DNA of 64,000 nt from Alphaproteobacteria bacterium (GTDB lineage: Bacteria; Pseudomonadota; Alphaproteobacteria; SHVV01). Positions 30,555 through 42,976 of the stretch are shown here, one piece after another. Made by a program: the position numbers and the translations under genes. The stretch covers positions 1,440,001 to 1,504,000 of the forward strand of contig OZ253470.1 of the NCBI GenBank assembly GCA_965261735.1. The letters are read 5' to 3'. Positions within the stretch are counted from its first letter, which is position 1. Every line of letters begins with the position of its first letter. Below the pieces are notes generated by a model that searched no databases, was not told the DNA's origin, and was given only the letters and a program-made list of their open reading frames with translations.

Positions 30555-32970
30555 AGCGCGACCCTCCCGTCTCGCTCGCCGCCGCCGGCCGCGGCGGAAT
30601 GTGGCATGGCGGCGTCGCGCTTGTCCATGGGCCTACAGCCCGTGGCCGGGCCGCCTCTTGCACGAATAGCGCAGGCGCGCCCGTGGACACGGCCGATCGC
30701 CGCTTCGAGGAGGCGCTGGCGCACCACAAGGAGGGGCGCGCGTCCGAGGCGTTCGGGCTCTACGCGCAGGCCATCGACGCCAATCCCGACCACTACGGCG
30801 CCCTCTTCAACATGGCCGCGCTATTGGCATCGGTCGGCCGGCACGACGACGCGGCCTCACTCTATGCGCGCGTCCTCGAAATGCGTCCGGGCGACGCCGA
30901 CGTCCATTGCAACCTCGGCAACCTGCGCCTCGCCCAGGGTGACCGCGCGGCGGCCGCGGCGAGTTACGCGCGCGCCCTGGACGCCGACCCGAGCCATGCC
31001 GCCGCCCATGTCAACCTCGGCAAGCTGCGGCTCGACGAGGGCCGCACCGAAGAGGCGCTGGCGAGCTTCCGTGCCGCCCTCGCGGTCAGCCCGGCGCTGC
31101 TCGAGGCCTACACCAATGCCGGCATCGCGCTGATTAGGCTCGATCGCCTCGAGGAGGCGCTCTCCGTGTTCGAGGCCGTGCGCGCACTCGATCCCGACGA
31201 CGCTCAGACCCTACGCAACACGGCCGCCATCCTGGAGCGGCTCGGCCGTTTCGAGGACGCCATCGCGCTCTTCGAGTCCCACCACGCGACGCACGCCGCC
31301 GACGCCGAGAGCGAGTTCCAGATCGGCAATCTCCGGCACGCGATGGGCGCGCCCGAGGCGGCGATCGCGCACTATCGCGGCGCCCTCGACCTCGACCCCA
31401 CCGTGCCCGAAATCCACAACAATCTCGCCACCGTGCTCGTCGAGACCGGGCGCGATGACGAGGCGCTCGAATGTCTTGGGGAAGCGTTGCGGCTGCGACC
31501 CGACTTCCCGGCCGCCCCCTCAATACGATGGGCAACGCGCACGCCGGCAAGGACGAGCTCGAGGCCGCGGCCGCGTGTTATGCGCGCGCCTTCGCGGGCG
31601 ATCCAAGCCTCGCGGTCGCCGCGGTCAATGGCGCCAACGTCCTGCGCGACCTGGGCCGGCTCGACGAGGCCCTGGCGGGCCTCGATTCGCTGCTCGCGAG
31701 CCACCCCGAGCTCGCCACTGCCCACAACGCGCGCGGCCTCGTGCTCCAGGACTATGGGCGCCAGGACGCGGCGCTCGCCGCCTTCGAGCGCGCGCTGGGG
31801 GTACAGCCGACCTACCACGAGTCGCTCAACAACCGCGCCATATCGCTGCAGGCGCTGGGCCGGCACGACGAGGCGCGGTCGGCCTACCGTGACGCGCTGA
31901 CCGCGAAGCCCGAGCTCGCCGAGGCACATTTCAACATCGGCCATGTCCTGCAGACGCTCGGGCGCAACGACGAGGCGGTGACCGCGTTCCAGCAGGCGCT
32001 CGCGCTCAAGCCCGATCTCGGCGCCGCCTATCCGTTCCTGGCCCACGCCCTCATGTATCAGTGCAGCTGGTCCAACCTCGAGGCCGTCATCGCCAAGGTC
32101 ATCGGCGACGTCGAGGACAAGATCGCCGCCGGCAAACCGATGTCGGTACCGCCTTTCGGCCTCGCCGCCACGCCCGCTTCGCCGGCACTAAGGCTCGCCG
32201 TGGCGCGCGAGGTGTCGGCGCGCACGGCGGCCGTAGTGCGCTCGATCAGGACGGTGGCGCCGGCGGCGCGCGAGCACGAGCGCGGCCCCCTACGCGTCGG
32301 ATACGTCTCGCCGGACTTCCGCGAGCACAGCGTTGCCGCCGTCTTCCGCAGCCTGCTCGAGGTGCACGGCCGCGAGGGCTTCACCTGGTACGGCTATTCG
32401 ATCAGTCCGCGCCAGAATCTCTCCTTCGAGGGCTTTGAGCGCACCTTCGACGTCTTCGCCGATCTCGGCCACGCGTCGCTGCGCGATGCGCTCGAGCGCA
32501 TCGCCGGCGACGGCATCGACATCCTCATCGATCTTGCCGGCCACACGCGCGACACCCGCCTCGAGCTCTTCGCCCTGCGGCCGGCACCGGTGCAGGCCCA
32601 CTATCTCGGCTACGGCGCCACCATCGGCGCCGACTACATCCCCTACCTCATCACCGACCCGGTGCACACGCCACCCGAGCTGGCGCCGTTCTGTAGCGAG
32701 TCGCTCGTCTACCTGCCCGACAGCTTCATGGTCGGCGCACCGGCCGAAGTGGCGGCGGCACCTGTATCGCGCGCCAAATGCGGCCTGCCCGAGGACGGCT
32801 TCGTGCTCGCGAGCTTCAATGCCCACTATAAGTTTGGGAATTATATCGCAAAGTGCCGAAGGGTGCGCGCCACGGCTGGGACTATATCTCGACAGAGACC
32901 AGATGTTGTGACATTGTCTGTCAACCCCTATATGCTGAACAATGGGATTGACATACGGGAGGAAATCTGA

Positions 32971-33120
32971 ATGGAGCGAGACTCCAAGGTCGCCCCGGCC
33001 GCCCACCAGCCCAGCAAAGCCGAGCTTGAAGAGGACGTGATCATCGACGCCGCGCCCGAGGCTCTGGCGTGGGCCGTGACGCGTGGCGGTGCGGAGCGGC
33101 GAGAGGACGATGGTCCGTAG
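32971..33120 (+). CDS. 49-aa IS passenger ORF
   Basis: GGGAGG RBS, then MERDSKVAPAAHQPSKAELEEDVIIDAAPEALAWAVTRGGAERREDDGP; below the ORF-track length cutoff. Confidence 0.55.
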   Translation: MERDSKVAPAAHQPSKAELEEDVIIDAAPEALAWAVTRGGAERREDDGP

Positions 33121-33182
33121 ATTGCCACTTGTGCTAGATCGCTCATTTGCATAAAGTCGGCATCTTAGGAAAGGGAAAGGAA

Positions 33183-33404
33183 ATGGAACCGCAAGGTGCG
33201 CGAGACCAGCTTGCCTCTCGATTCCAAAAGATGAAGGAAGAGGGAGGGCTTCTGGATATGAAGTTTTTCTTCGGGCAAGTTTCTGAAACAACGGTTGACG
33301 GCTTCTGTGAGGAAGTTAACCGGCTCCACAAACTTGTCGAAGAAGGAAGGTTCACAGAAATCAAACGCTGGGGCGATGCTAAGGGGTTGCCCAGCCGCGA
33401 ATAG
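33183..33404 (+). CDS. 73-aa IS passenger hypothetical protein
   Basis: AAGGAA RBS, low-GC ORF MEPQGARDQL...LPSRE. Confidence 0.65.
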   Translation: MEPQGARDQLASRFQKMKEEGGLLDMKFFFGQVSETTVDGFCEEVNRLHKLVEEGRFTEIKRWGDAKGLPSRE

Positions 33405-33429
33405 ACCGCCTCAACAATGCGACAACCTG

Positions 33430-33450
33430 AGCCCCGGCTGGGCCGGGGCT
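33430..33450 (+). terminator. GC-rich hairpin between passenger ORFs
   Basis: AGCCCCGGC-TGG-GCCGGGGCT, short T tail. Confidence 0.45.
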
Positions 33451-33469
33451 TAGAGTCTGTAGTGATTCC

Positions 33470-34079
33470 ATGAAGCTTGATAGAAGGTTATTCCCACCTC
33501 TTTTTCAAGAGGTGGCGAGAGTGCAGGCCACCTTGCAGCTGTACTAGCATTCCCGGAGATGCCATTCCACTTCCCCATGATAACCTACAATATGCCATTG
33601 AGCAGACATACGGCGTGGAGATTACTACATACATTGTTCCTCTTAACTCTATGTTGTTGCGGGGCTCGATTGAGATTTATCCTGAGAAGTCGGTTATTTA
33701 CATCGATGCCGAACTGAATTCGGCATGGACTCGTTACGTTTTTGCGAAAGAAGCGTGTCACCATCTTCTCAACGGTGAAGGTTATCACACCAATGATCCG
33801 ATCGCGGTTATTGAGGATATTATCCTAGACGAATCGGAGATCGATGGAGACCACGGCGCCGCATTGGATGTTCAAGCGGAAACGCTGACCAAATTTGCCG
33901 CGATAGAGTTGCTTTTCCCCCGGGAGTTTCGGGGTACTTGCAAAGAAGAAGTCGAGGCAGGAGACAAATCAACGTATGAGATATCAACGCATTTTGATAT
34001 TCCAGAGCATTTAGTACAGTTTGCCTTGGCGAACAATTACATGAACTTTTCTAGAAGGATTTGGGAGATGCTTCCCTAA
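33470..34079 (+). CDS. ImmA/IrrE-like (M78-fold) passenger protein, KExxH variant; probable 1-nt insertion near 33546
   Basis: IYIDAELNSAWTRYVFAKEACHHLL, E...FAAIELLFP, C-terminal HTH-like segment; ATG at 33470 (MKLDRR..LQLY*) joins the main frame if one base is removed. Confidence 0.7.
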
Positions 34080-34092
34080 CGAGCGGCGACCG

Positions 34093-35034
34093 CTACGCGA
34101 TCAAGTCCCGATACCGTAGGCGCTTCCCATCAAAGCCCTTCACCATCCCGCCCATCATGTCGATGGTGTCAGCTTCGCGGTCGTTGTGCCGGCCGGCAAA
34201 CTCGGTGACGTAGCGGTCTAAGTGTTTTTCGCTGAAGTGGTGGAAAGTGCCTTGGTAGCCGCGTTTGAGTAGCGCCCAGAACGACTCGATCCCGTTAGTG
34301 TGCGCCATGCCGTTCACGTACTCGCTGATGCTGTGCTTCACGGTTTCGTGCTCGAACGGCATACCCTGATATCCGCCATGGTCGTCCGTATAGACGGCCG
34401 CTCCCTTGGCTGCGCGCTCGCCGACGAAACCCTGTAGCGTCTTGGCGTCTGTGTTGCTAACCACAGTGGCACTCACGCGGTTCGTCTCGCGATCCTTGGC
34501 ACCAATAACGATTGCCTTCCCAACAGCGCCACGGCCTGCGCGCAGCTTCTTGTTGGCGTGCTTGTTCTTTTCCTTCCCGCCGATGAAGGTCTCGTCCACC
34601 TCAACGGGACCAGCAAACTGCGCGCCGTGATCCTTCCATGCTTCGCGGAGACGGTGAGCCAGAAACCAAGCCGACCGTTGCGTGATCCCTAAGTCGCGGT
34701 GGAGCTTCATGCTCGACACGCCCTTGAGATTGGTCGTCACTTGATAGAGCGCAATGGCCCAAACCTGAAAGCCGAGCTTCGATGATTCCATGGGAGTCTT
34801 TGTGCGGACACTAAACCGCTTGGCACACTCTTTTTCGCGGCAGCGATAAGGCATCGTCTTGTGCTTTGCGCCGGACTGCGCATTGGTCGAGCCACAATAG
34901 GGGCAATGTAGCCCTTCCGGCCAACGCTGTTCGGCAAACCAGTGCTCCGCCGTCGCATCGTCGGGGAACATGCTGGAAAGCTCTACCAGAGTGAGCCCTT
35001 TGCGGTGGAATTTTCCAGGTGCTTTGTGTGTCAT
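34093..35034 (-). CDS. IS1595-family DDE transposase
   Basis: CPYC..C...C zinc ribbon, HTH, VEVDETF, YTDD, NGIESFWALLKRG. Confidence 0.96.
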   Translation of the reverse strand: MTHKAPGKFHRKGLTLVELSSMFPDDATAEHWFAEQRWPEGLHCPYCGSTNAQSGAKHKTMPYRCREKECAKRFSVRTKTPMESSKLGFQVWAIALYQVTTNLKGVSSMKLHRDLGITQRSAWFLAHRLREAWKDHGAQFAGPVEVDETFIGGKEKNKHANKKLRAGRGAVGKAIVIGAKDRETNRVSATVVSNTDAKTLQGFVGERAAKGAAVYTDDHGGYQGMPFEHETVKHSISEYVNGMAHTNGIESFWALLKRGYQGTFHHFSEKHLDRYVTEFAGRHNDREADTIDMMGGMVKGFDGKRLRYRDLIA

Positions 35035-35054
35035 GTCCGCCTCCTTGTTCTTAC

Positions 35055-35083
35055 AATATAGTGCCGACGGCGGATCAGTTCAA
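35055..35083 (-). promoter_or_regulatory. Sigma70-type transposase promoter
   Basis: TTGAAC-17 nt-TATATT, followed by AGGAGG RBS. Confidence 0.6.
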
Positions 35084-35706
35084 GGGATTTCGGCACTTTG
35101 CGATATAATTCCCATAAGTTTCACCCGCGCCAGTTCGCGGTGTGGATGCGGCTGTTGAAGCGGCTCGACGGTGCGGTGCTGTGGCTGCGCGAAGGGACGC
35201 CAGCGGCGCAAGATAATCTGCGCCGCGAGGCCGAGGTTCGCGGCGTCGCGCCCGAGCGCCTGGTGTTCGCGCCGCGCACGCCACGGCCCGAGCACCTCGC
35301 GCGCCATCGCCTTGCGGATCTGGCGCTCGATACGATGTATCACGCCGGCGGCGTCACCACGATCGATGCGCTGTGGGTCGGCGTGCCCGTGATCACGCTC
35401 GCCGGCGAGGCGCACTCGGCCCGGACCGGGGCCTCGATCCTCGCGGCCATCGGCCTCGACGACGCCGTCACCGACAGCCTCGATTCTTACGAACAACTCG
35501 CCTTCGAGCTGGCCACCGACACCGCCGCGCTCGCCGCCCTCAAGGCCAAGCTCGCGCGCAACCGCGTCAGCGCCCCGCTGTTCGATCCTTCCCGCCTCGC
35601 GCGCTACCTCGAGATCGCCTACCGCATGATGTGGGAGCGCCACGCGAGCGGCCAGCCGCCGGCCACGATCCACGTTCCCCGGCTGCCGGCCTAGCAGCCC
35701 GCACCC

Positions 35707-36402
35707 TCACCCAGGGGCCTGCGCTCTGAGGAAGGCGGCCATGTGGAAGGCGCCTTGGGCGGGCGCGTAGGCGTAGTCGCGCCCGACCGGGCAGGCGCGA
35801 CGCGCCAAGCAGCCGCTGCCGCAGTCGGTTCCGCCCTCGGACGTCACGTGGTCGACGCAGGCGGCGACATCATAGGCGCCGGGAGTGAACGCCGAGACCG
35901 GGCAGGTGCCGAGGCAGGGCTTGTCGGCGCACGTCTCGCACGGGCTTGCGCGCCGCGCCCGCCGCGGCAGGGCGATGCGCTCGGCAAGCACGAGGGCGCC
36001 GCGATAGGCGTGCCACAGGCCGTAGTCGGGGTGGATGAGAATGCCGATCGGCGAGACGCTCACCGGCTCCGCCCGCAGCGCCCAGCGCTGGAAGGGCAGG
36101 TAGGGCGGCCCGTCGAAGGGGAACAGCGCCGCCGCACCGAGATCGCCGGCGAGATCGGCGAGAGCAAGACGCACCCAGTCGTCGAGCGGATCGCGCGACG
36201 GAGCCGCGGCCGGCCTCCGCGCGAACGCCGCCCATAGCGCCGGGCCCGCGTTGCCGGCAAGGACCAGCGTGCGTGCGCGCATGCCGTCGGCGAGCGGCGG
36301 CACCGCGTCCGCGGCACGCGGATGGAACCCGCCGCGCACCTGCAGCCCCGCCGCCGCCAGCGCCGCCGTGATCGTCTCATACGTAACATTCCGTGCAGCC
36401 AT
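35707..36402 (-). CDS. 4Fe-4S ferredoxin-like protein (QueG-like domain)
   Basis: PFQRWA, SPIGILIHP.YGLWHAYRG, CETCADKPCLGTCP, C..ARRACP. Confidence 0.8.
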   Translation of the reverse strand: MAARNVTYETITAALAAAGLQVRGGFHPRAADAVPPLADGMRARTLVLAGNAGPALWAAFARRPAAAPSRDPLDDWVRLALADLAGDLGAAALFPFDGPPYLPFQRWALRAEPVSVSPIGILIHPDYGLWHAYRGALVLAERIALPRRARRASPCETCADKPCLGTCPVSAFTPGAYDVAACVDHVTSEGGTDCGSGCLARRACPVGRDYAYAPAQGAFHMAAFLRAQAPG

Positions 36403-36553
36403 CTCGCGCGATCCTCATCCTCATACTAGTGGCTCGCGCCAAATCGTGCGCGAGGTCGTGTTCTCCGAGCGGTCGACCGGGCCGGCAAAATCGACGATGA
36501 TGCGCAGAACACCAGGGCGCCGGCGTCAGGCCCGGCGAAGTCGAGGGAGAAGA

Positions 36554-37924
36554 ATGCCCGAGAGCGTCGTGCGCATGATGGCCGCAAGCGGCATGCTCGG
36601 CTACGGCTTCACCGAGGAGGGGTTTCGCGCAGGCCTGGCGCGCGAGCCCGACTTCATCGCCAGCGACGCGGGCTCGATGGACCCGGGGCCCTACTACCTC
36701 GGCGCCGGCACGGCGTTCGTCTCGCGCCCCGCCGTCAAGCGCGATATCGGGCTGATGCTCGAGGGCGCGCTCGCGGCGGGCATTCCGGTCCTCGTCGGCT
36801 CCGCCGGCGGCGGCGGCGGCGCGCCTCAGCTCGCCTGGCTGCGCGACATCGTGCGCGAGGTCGCCGAGGAGCGGGGCCTCCACTTCCGCCTCGCCCTAAT
36901 CCACAGCGAACAGACCAAGGACTATCTCGGCGGCAAGCTGGCCGCGGGCATGATTCGCCCGCTCGGCCCGATCGATGACCTCGACGAGGGTGAGATTGCG
37001 GCAAGCACGCGCGTCGTCGCGATGATGGGCTGCGAGCCCTACCAGCGCGCGCTCGCCGACGGCGCCGAGGTCGTGATCGCCGGGCGCTCGAGCGATGCGG
37101 CCCTGTTCGCGGCAATCCCACTGATGCACGGGGCGGACCCGGGGCTCGCCTGGCATCTCGCCAAGATCATCGAGTGCGGCGGCCAGGTGGTCGAGCCGCG
37201 CACGGGCCAGGACTGCGTACTCGGCACGATCTACGACGACCATTTCCTGGTCGAGCCCGCCCACCCCGACAAGCGCTGCACACGCCTCAAGATCGCGGCC
37301 CATACCCTGTACGAGAACCCCGACCCCTACCGCCTGATCGAGCCCGAGGGGACGCTCGACACCAGCGCCGCACACTACGAACAGTTCGATTCGCGCACGG
37401 TCAAGGTCGCGGGCAGCCGCTTCGAGCCGGCCAACGCGTATACGGTCAAGCTCGAGGGCGTGCGCGAAGCCGGCTATCGCACCGTGTTCATCGCCGGCGT
37501 GCGCGATCCGGTTCTCGTGCGCACGATCGATGATTTCATCGCCGCCTGTCGCGAGCGCGTAGCGGGCGAGGCGGCGAGCCTCGGGATCGCGGCTGGCAGC
37601 TACCGGCTCGGCATTCGCGTCTACGGCCGCAATGCGACGATGGGCGCGCGCGAGCCGGTGCGCGAAAGCCAGGCGCACGAACTCGGCCTGCTCGTCGACG
37701 TCACCGCGGACGATGAGGAGGTGAGCCGCGCGATCACCGCCAAGGCGCGCTACGCGCTGCTCCACACCGACTTCCCCGGGCGCAAATGCATCTCGGGCAA
37801 CCTCGCGATCCCGTTCTCGCCATCGGACATGCCCGTCGGCATGACCTACCGCTTCAACGTCTGGCACGTCATGGAGATCGACGACCCGCTCGAGCCGTTT
37901 CCGATCGAAATGATTGAGGTGTAG
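36554..37924 (+). CDS. AtuA / DUF1446-family protein
   Basis: GMLGYGF, DAGS.DPGPYYLG, GRSSD, KIIECG, AHTLYE. Confidence 0.85.
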   Translation: MPESVVRMMAASGMLGYGFTEEGFRAGLAREPDFIASDAGSMDPGPYYLGAGTAFVSRPAVKRDIGLMLEGALAAGIPVLVGSAGGGGGAPQLAWLRDIVREVAEERGLHFRLALIHSEQTKDYLGGKLAAGMIRPLGPIDDLDEGEIAASTRVVAMMGCEPYQRALADGAEVVIAGRSSDAALFAAIPLMHGADPGLAWHLAKIIECGGQVVEPRTGQDCVLGTIYDDHFLVEPAHPDKRCTRLKIAAHTLYENPDPYRLIEPEGTLDTSAAHYEQFDSRTVKVAGSRFEPANAYTVKLEGVREAGYRTVFIAGVRDPVLVRTIDDFIAACRERVAGEAASLGIAAGSYRLGIRVYGRNATMGAREPVRESQAHELGLLVDVTADDEEVSRAITAKARYALLHTDFPGRKCISGNLAIPFSPSDMPVGMTYRFNVWHVMEIDDPLEPFPIEMIEV

Positions 37925-37931
37925 GCGCTCG

Positions 37932-38243
37932 GTGGCCCGGCTTTCCGATCTCGCGCGGGTGGTGCGCTCGAAGAACGCAGGCGCATTGCTGGTCACGCTC
38001 GACGTCATGTTCGACGACGAGGCGACCTACCGGCGCGTGCGCGACAGCGGCGCGATCACGCCCCGCCTCCTCGCCCGCCTATATGGCGTGTCGGACAACG
38101 AGGTGAGCGTCATCCCCTACGACGTCGCCTGGGCGATCAAGGTGACGCTCCCGCGCCTCGTGCGCTCGGGCGACCCCGACGATACCGATATCTACGGCGC
38201 ACAGCAGCACGCGCCCCTGCTCGACATCGACGTCCACGATTGA
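37932..38243 (+). CDS. DUF4387 domain protein
   Basis: VRSKNAG..TLD and D.YGAQQHAPL; usual partner of DUF1446 proteins. Confidence 0.85.
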   Translation: MARLSDLARVVRSKNAGALLVTLDVMFDDEATYRRVRDSGAITPRLLARLYGVSDNEVSVIPYDVAWAIKVTLPRLVRSGDPDDTDIYGAQQHAPLLDIDVHD

Positions 38244-38284
38244 GGCCGCGTGCGGCCGCGATCCATCCCTAACGGAGGATACCC

Positions 38285-38506
38285 ATGAACATTCCGACCG
38301 CCATCGCCGGCGCCGCCGCCCTTATCGCCATCGCCATCGTCTGGTCGAGCCAGCCGGCGCACACGCAGGCCGCGGCCGGCCCCTATATGGTCGTGGCGGA
38401 CACCGAGCCCGGGTTCGTGTGGCGTTTGTCGACGGTGACCGGAGCCCTGGAGCGCTGCGATTCGTCGGCGCTGGGCAGCGGCTGCAGACCGGTTGCCGAG
38501 CGTTGA
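38285..38506 (+). CDS. Small secreted hypothetical protein
   Basis: GGAGGA RBS, signal peptide, VWRLSTVTG..C...C. Confidence 0.7.
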   Translation: MNIPTAIAGAAALIAIAIVWSSQPAHTQAAAGPYMVVADTEPGFVWRLSTVTGALERCDSSALGSGCRPVAER

Positions 38507-38515
38507 CGGCGGGGG

Positions 38516-39382
38516 CTAGCCGGTTGCCCGCACCCGGTGATTGGTCTCGAGCGCCTCGACGTCGATGCGCATGCCCTCGCGGGCGACGAAGGCGCCGGGC
38601 CAGACGCGGCGCGCCTTGACGGAAACCTGCTTCATGTAGGTGTCGTCATGGTCCGGGTCGTGGTGGAAGATGGCGAGGTTTCCCACCTCCGCCGCCTGGG
38701 CCAGGCGGATGCCCTCCTGCCAGGTGGAGTGGCCCCATCCGACCTTGGCATCGAACTCCTCGTCCGAATACGTCGAGTCGTAGATGAGCAGATCGGCGCC
38801 TTCGATTAGGCCCATGACGTTGCGATCTAGCGCGCCGGGTTTGTGCTCGGTATCGGTGACGTAGCACAGCGCGCGGCCGTCATACTCGAAGCGGTAGCCG
38901 GTGGCGCCATTGGGGTGATTGAGCGGCGCGGTCCGCACCGTAACCTTGCCGCCGGGGCCGAACTTCAGCGTGTCGCCGGCCTTGAAGTCCTCGAAGGTAA
39001 GCGCCGACTGCATCGCCTCGACCGGCACCGGAAAGTAGGGGTTCTGCATCTGTCCGGCTAGCACGTTGGCGATACCGCCGAGCGCGGCGACGTGTCCGGC
39101 CATGACGTGAAAGGAGCACTCCTTACGAAAGGCGGGCGAGAAGAAGGGCAGCCCGTTGATATGGTCCCAATGGGTATGCGACATGAGAATAGTGGCGCGC
39201 CGTACGTCCTTGCGCAGCAGCCAGTGACCGAGATTGCGGATGCCGGTGCCGCCGTCGAGAACGAAGTGCTCGCCGCCGGCCGAGACCTCGAGGCACGAGG
39301 TGTTGCCGCCGAAGTATGCATGCTGGCGGCCGGGAACAGCGATGGAGCCGCGAACGCCCCAGAACTTAAGCTTGAAACTCAT
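38516..39382 (-). CDS. MBL-fold metallo-hydrolase (PhnP/RNase Z-like)
   Basis: WGVRGS, GGNTSC, HTHWDH, TDTEH, GHS, FHHDP. Confidence 0.9.
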   Translation of the reverse strand: MSFKLKFWGVRGSIAVPGRQHAYFGGNTSCLEVSAGGEHFVLDGGTGIRNLGHWLLRKDVRRATILMSHTHWDHINGLPFFSPAFRKECSFHVMAGHVAALGGIANVLAGQMQNPYFPVPVEAMQSALTFEDFKAGDTLKFGPGGKVTVRTAPLNHPNGATGYRFEYDGRALCYVTDTEHKPGALDRNVMGLIEGADLLIYDSTYSDEEFDAKVGWGHSTWQEGIRLAQAAEVGNLAIFHHDPDHDDTYMKQVSVKARRVWPGAFVAREGMRIDVEALETNHRVRATG

Positions 39383-39495
39383 GCGTTGCTCTCCTTGCCA
39401 CCGGCGCGCGAACGCCCTCAAGCCCGTCTCCCCGGCGGCCGCATGGTTTGCTTATACCTTAAACGATACCGCCGCAATAACACGGCGACACGGCG

Positions 39496-42183
<2,688 letters not shown>

Positions 42184-42259
42184 TTCGGTAGCCCCTCCGG
42201 TCCGCCCTTGTAGCAGAGGTCGGAAGCGCAAGAAACCCGCGCTGCCGGCGGTGCCGCGG

Positions 42260-42971
42260 CTAGCGCACCGCGGGCGCTGCCCGACGAGCGCGCGCGTGGC
42301 CGGAGAGACGGAACTCGAGACGGCGGAAGAGAAACACGAGGAGGTAGGTGAGCGCGAGATAGATCAGCGCCGCGGCAATATAGACCTTGTAGGGCTCGAA
42401 GCTGCGGGCGACGATCACGCGTGCGATGCCGGTGAGATCCATGAGCGTGATGATCGATACCAGCGACGTCGCCTGTAGCAGCAGCACGACCTCGTTGGCG
42501 TAGGCCGGTAGCGCGAGCCGAAACGCCTTGGGCACGATTATGCGGCGGTACAGCAGCGCCCCCGACATGCCAAAGGCGCGCGCGGCCTCAACCTCGCCGT
42601 GGGGCACGGCGCGATATCGATCCGCGCAGGATCTCGGCCGTGTAGGCGGCAGTGTTGAGCGTTAGTGCGAGCACCGCGCAGAAGTAGGCCTCGCGAAAGA
42701 AGATCCACAGACCGGCGGCGTCGAGCAGGTCGTGGAACTGACCGCTGCCGTAATAGATGAGGAAGATCTGCACCAGCAGCGGGGTGCCGCGGAAGTAGAA
42801 GATGTAGCCGTAGACGGGAAGCCGCAGCAGCGGGCTCGCGGCGACGCGCATGAGCGCGAGCGGCACCGCAAGGCACAGCCCGAGCGCGACGCTCAGCGCC
42901 GTGATCTCGATCGTGAGCCAGGCGCCGGCAAGGAGGCTCGGCAGGCTTGTCCACACGACCTCGAGCGACAT
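42260..42971 (-). pseudogene. Polar amino-acid ABC permease (HisM-like), frameshift near 42614
   Basis: FRGTPLLVQ...AEILRGSI then AVPHGEVEAARAFG in another frame. Confidence 0.8.
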
Positions 42972-42976
42972 TCGCC

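Larger units (their letters stand above)
32836..35113 (-). mobile_element. IS1595-family element with passenger genes (ends resemble ISNwi1 group), 2278 bp
   Basis: Perfect 25-bp TIR GGGAATTATATCGCAAAGTGCCGAA (32836-32860, 35089-35113); 8-bp target duplication ATAAGTTT (32828-32835, 35114-35121). Confidence 0.97.
30683..35694 (+). pseudogene. TPR-repeat GT41 (OGT/SPINDLY-like) glycosyltransferase, frameshifted near 31518 and interrupted by an IS1595-family element
   Basis: More than 10 TPRs; RVGYVSPDFREHSV, DLAGHT, RPAPVQ; SFNAHYKF|HPRQF rejoins in frame after IS removal; DLALDT..GVTTIDALWVGVPV. Confidence 0.9.
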
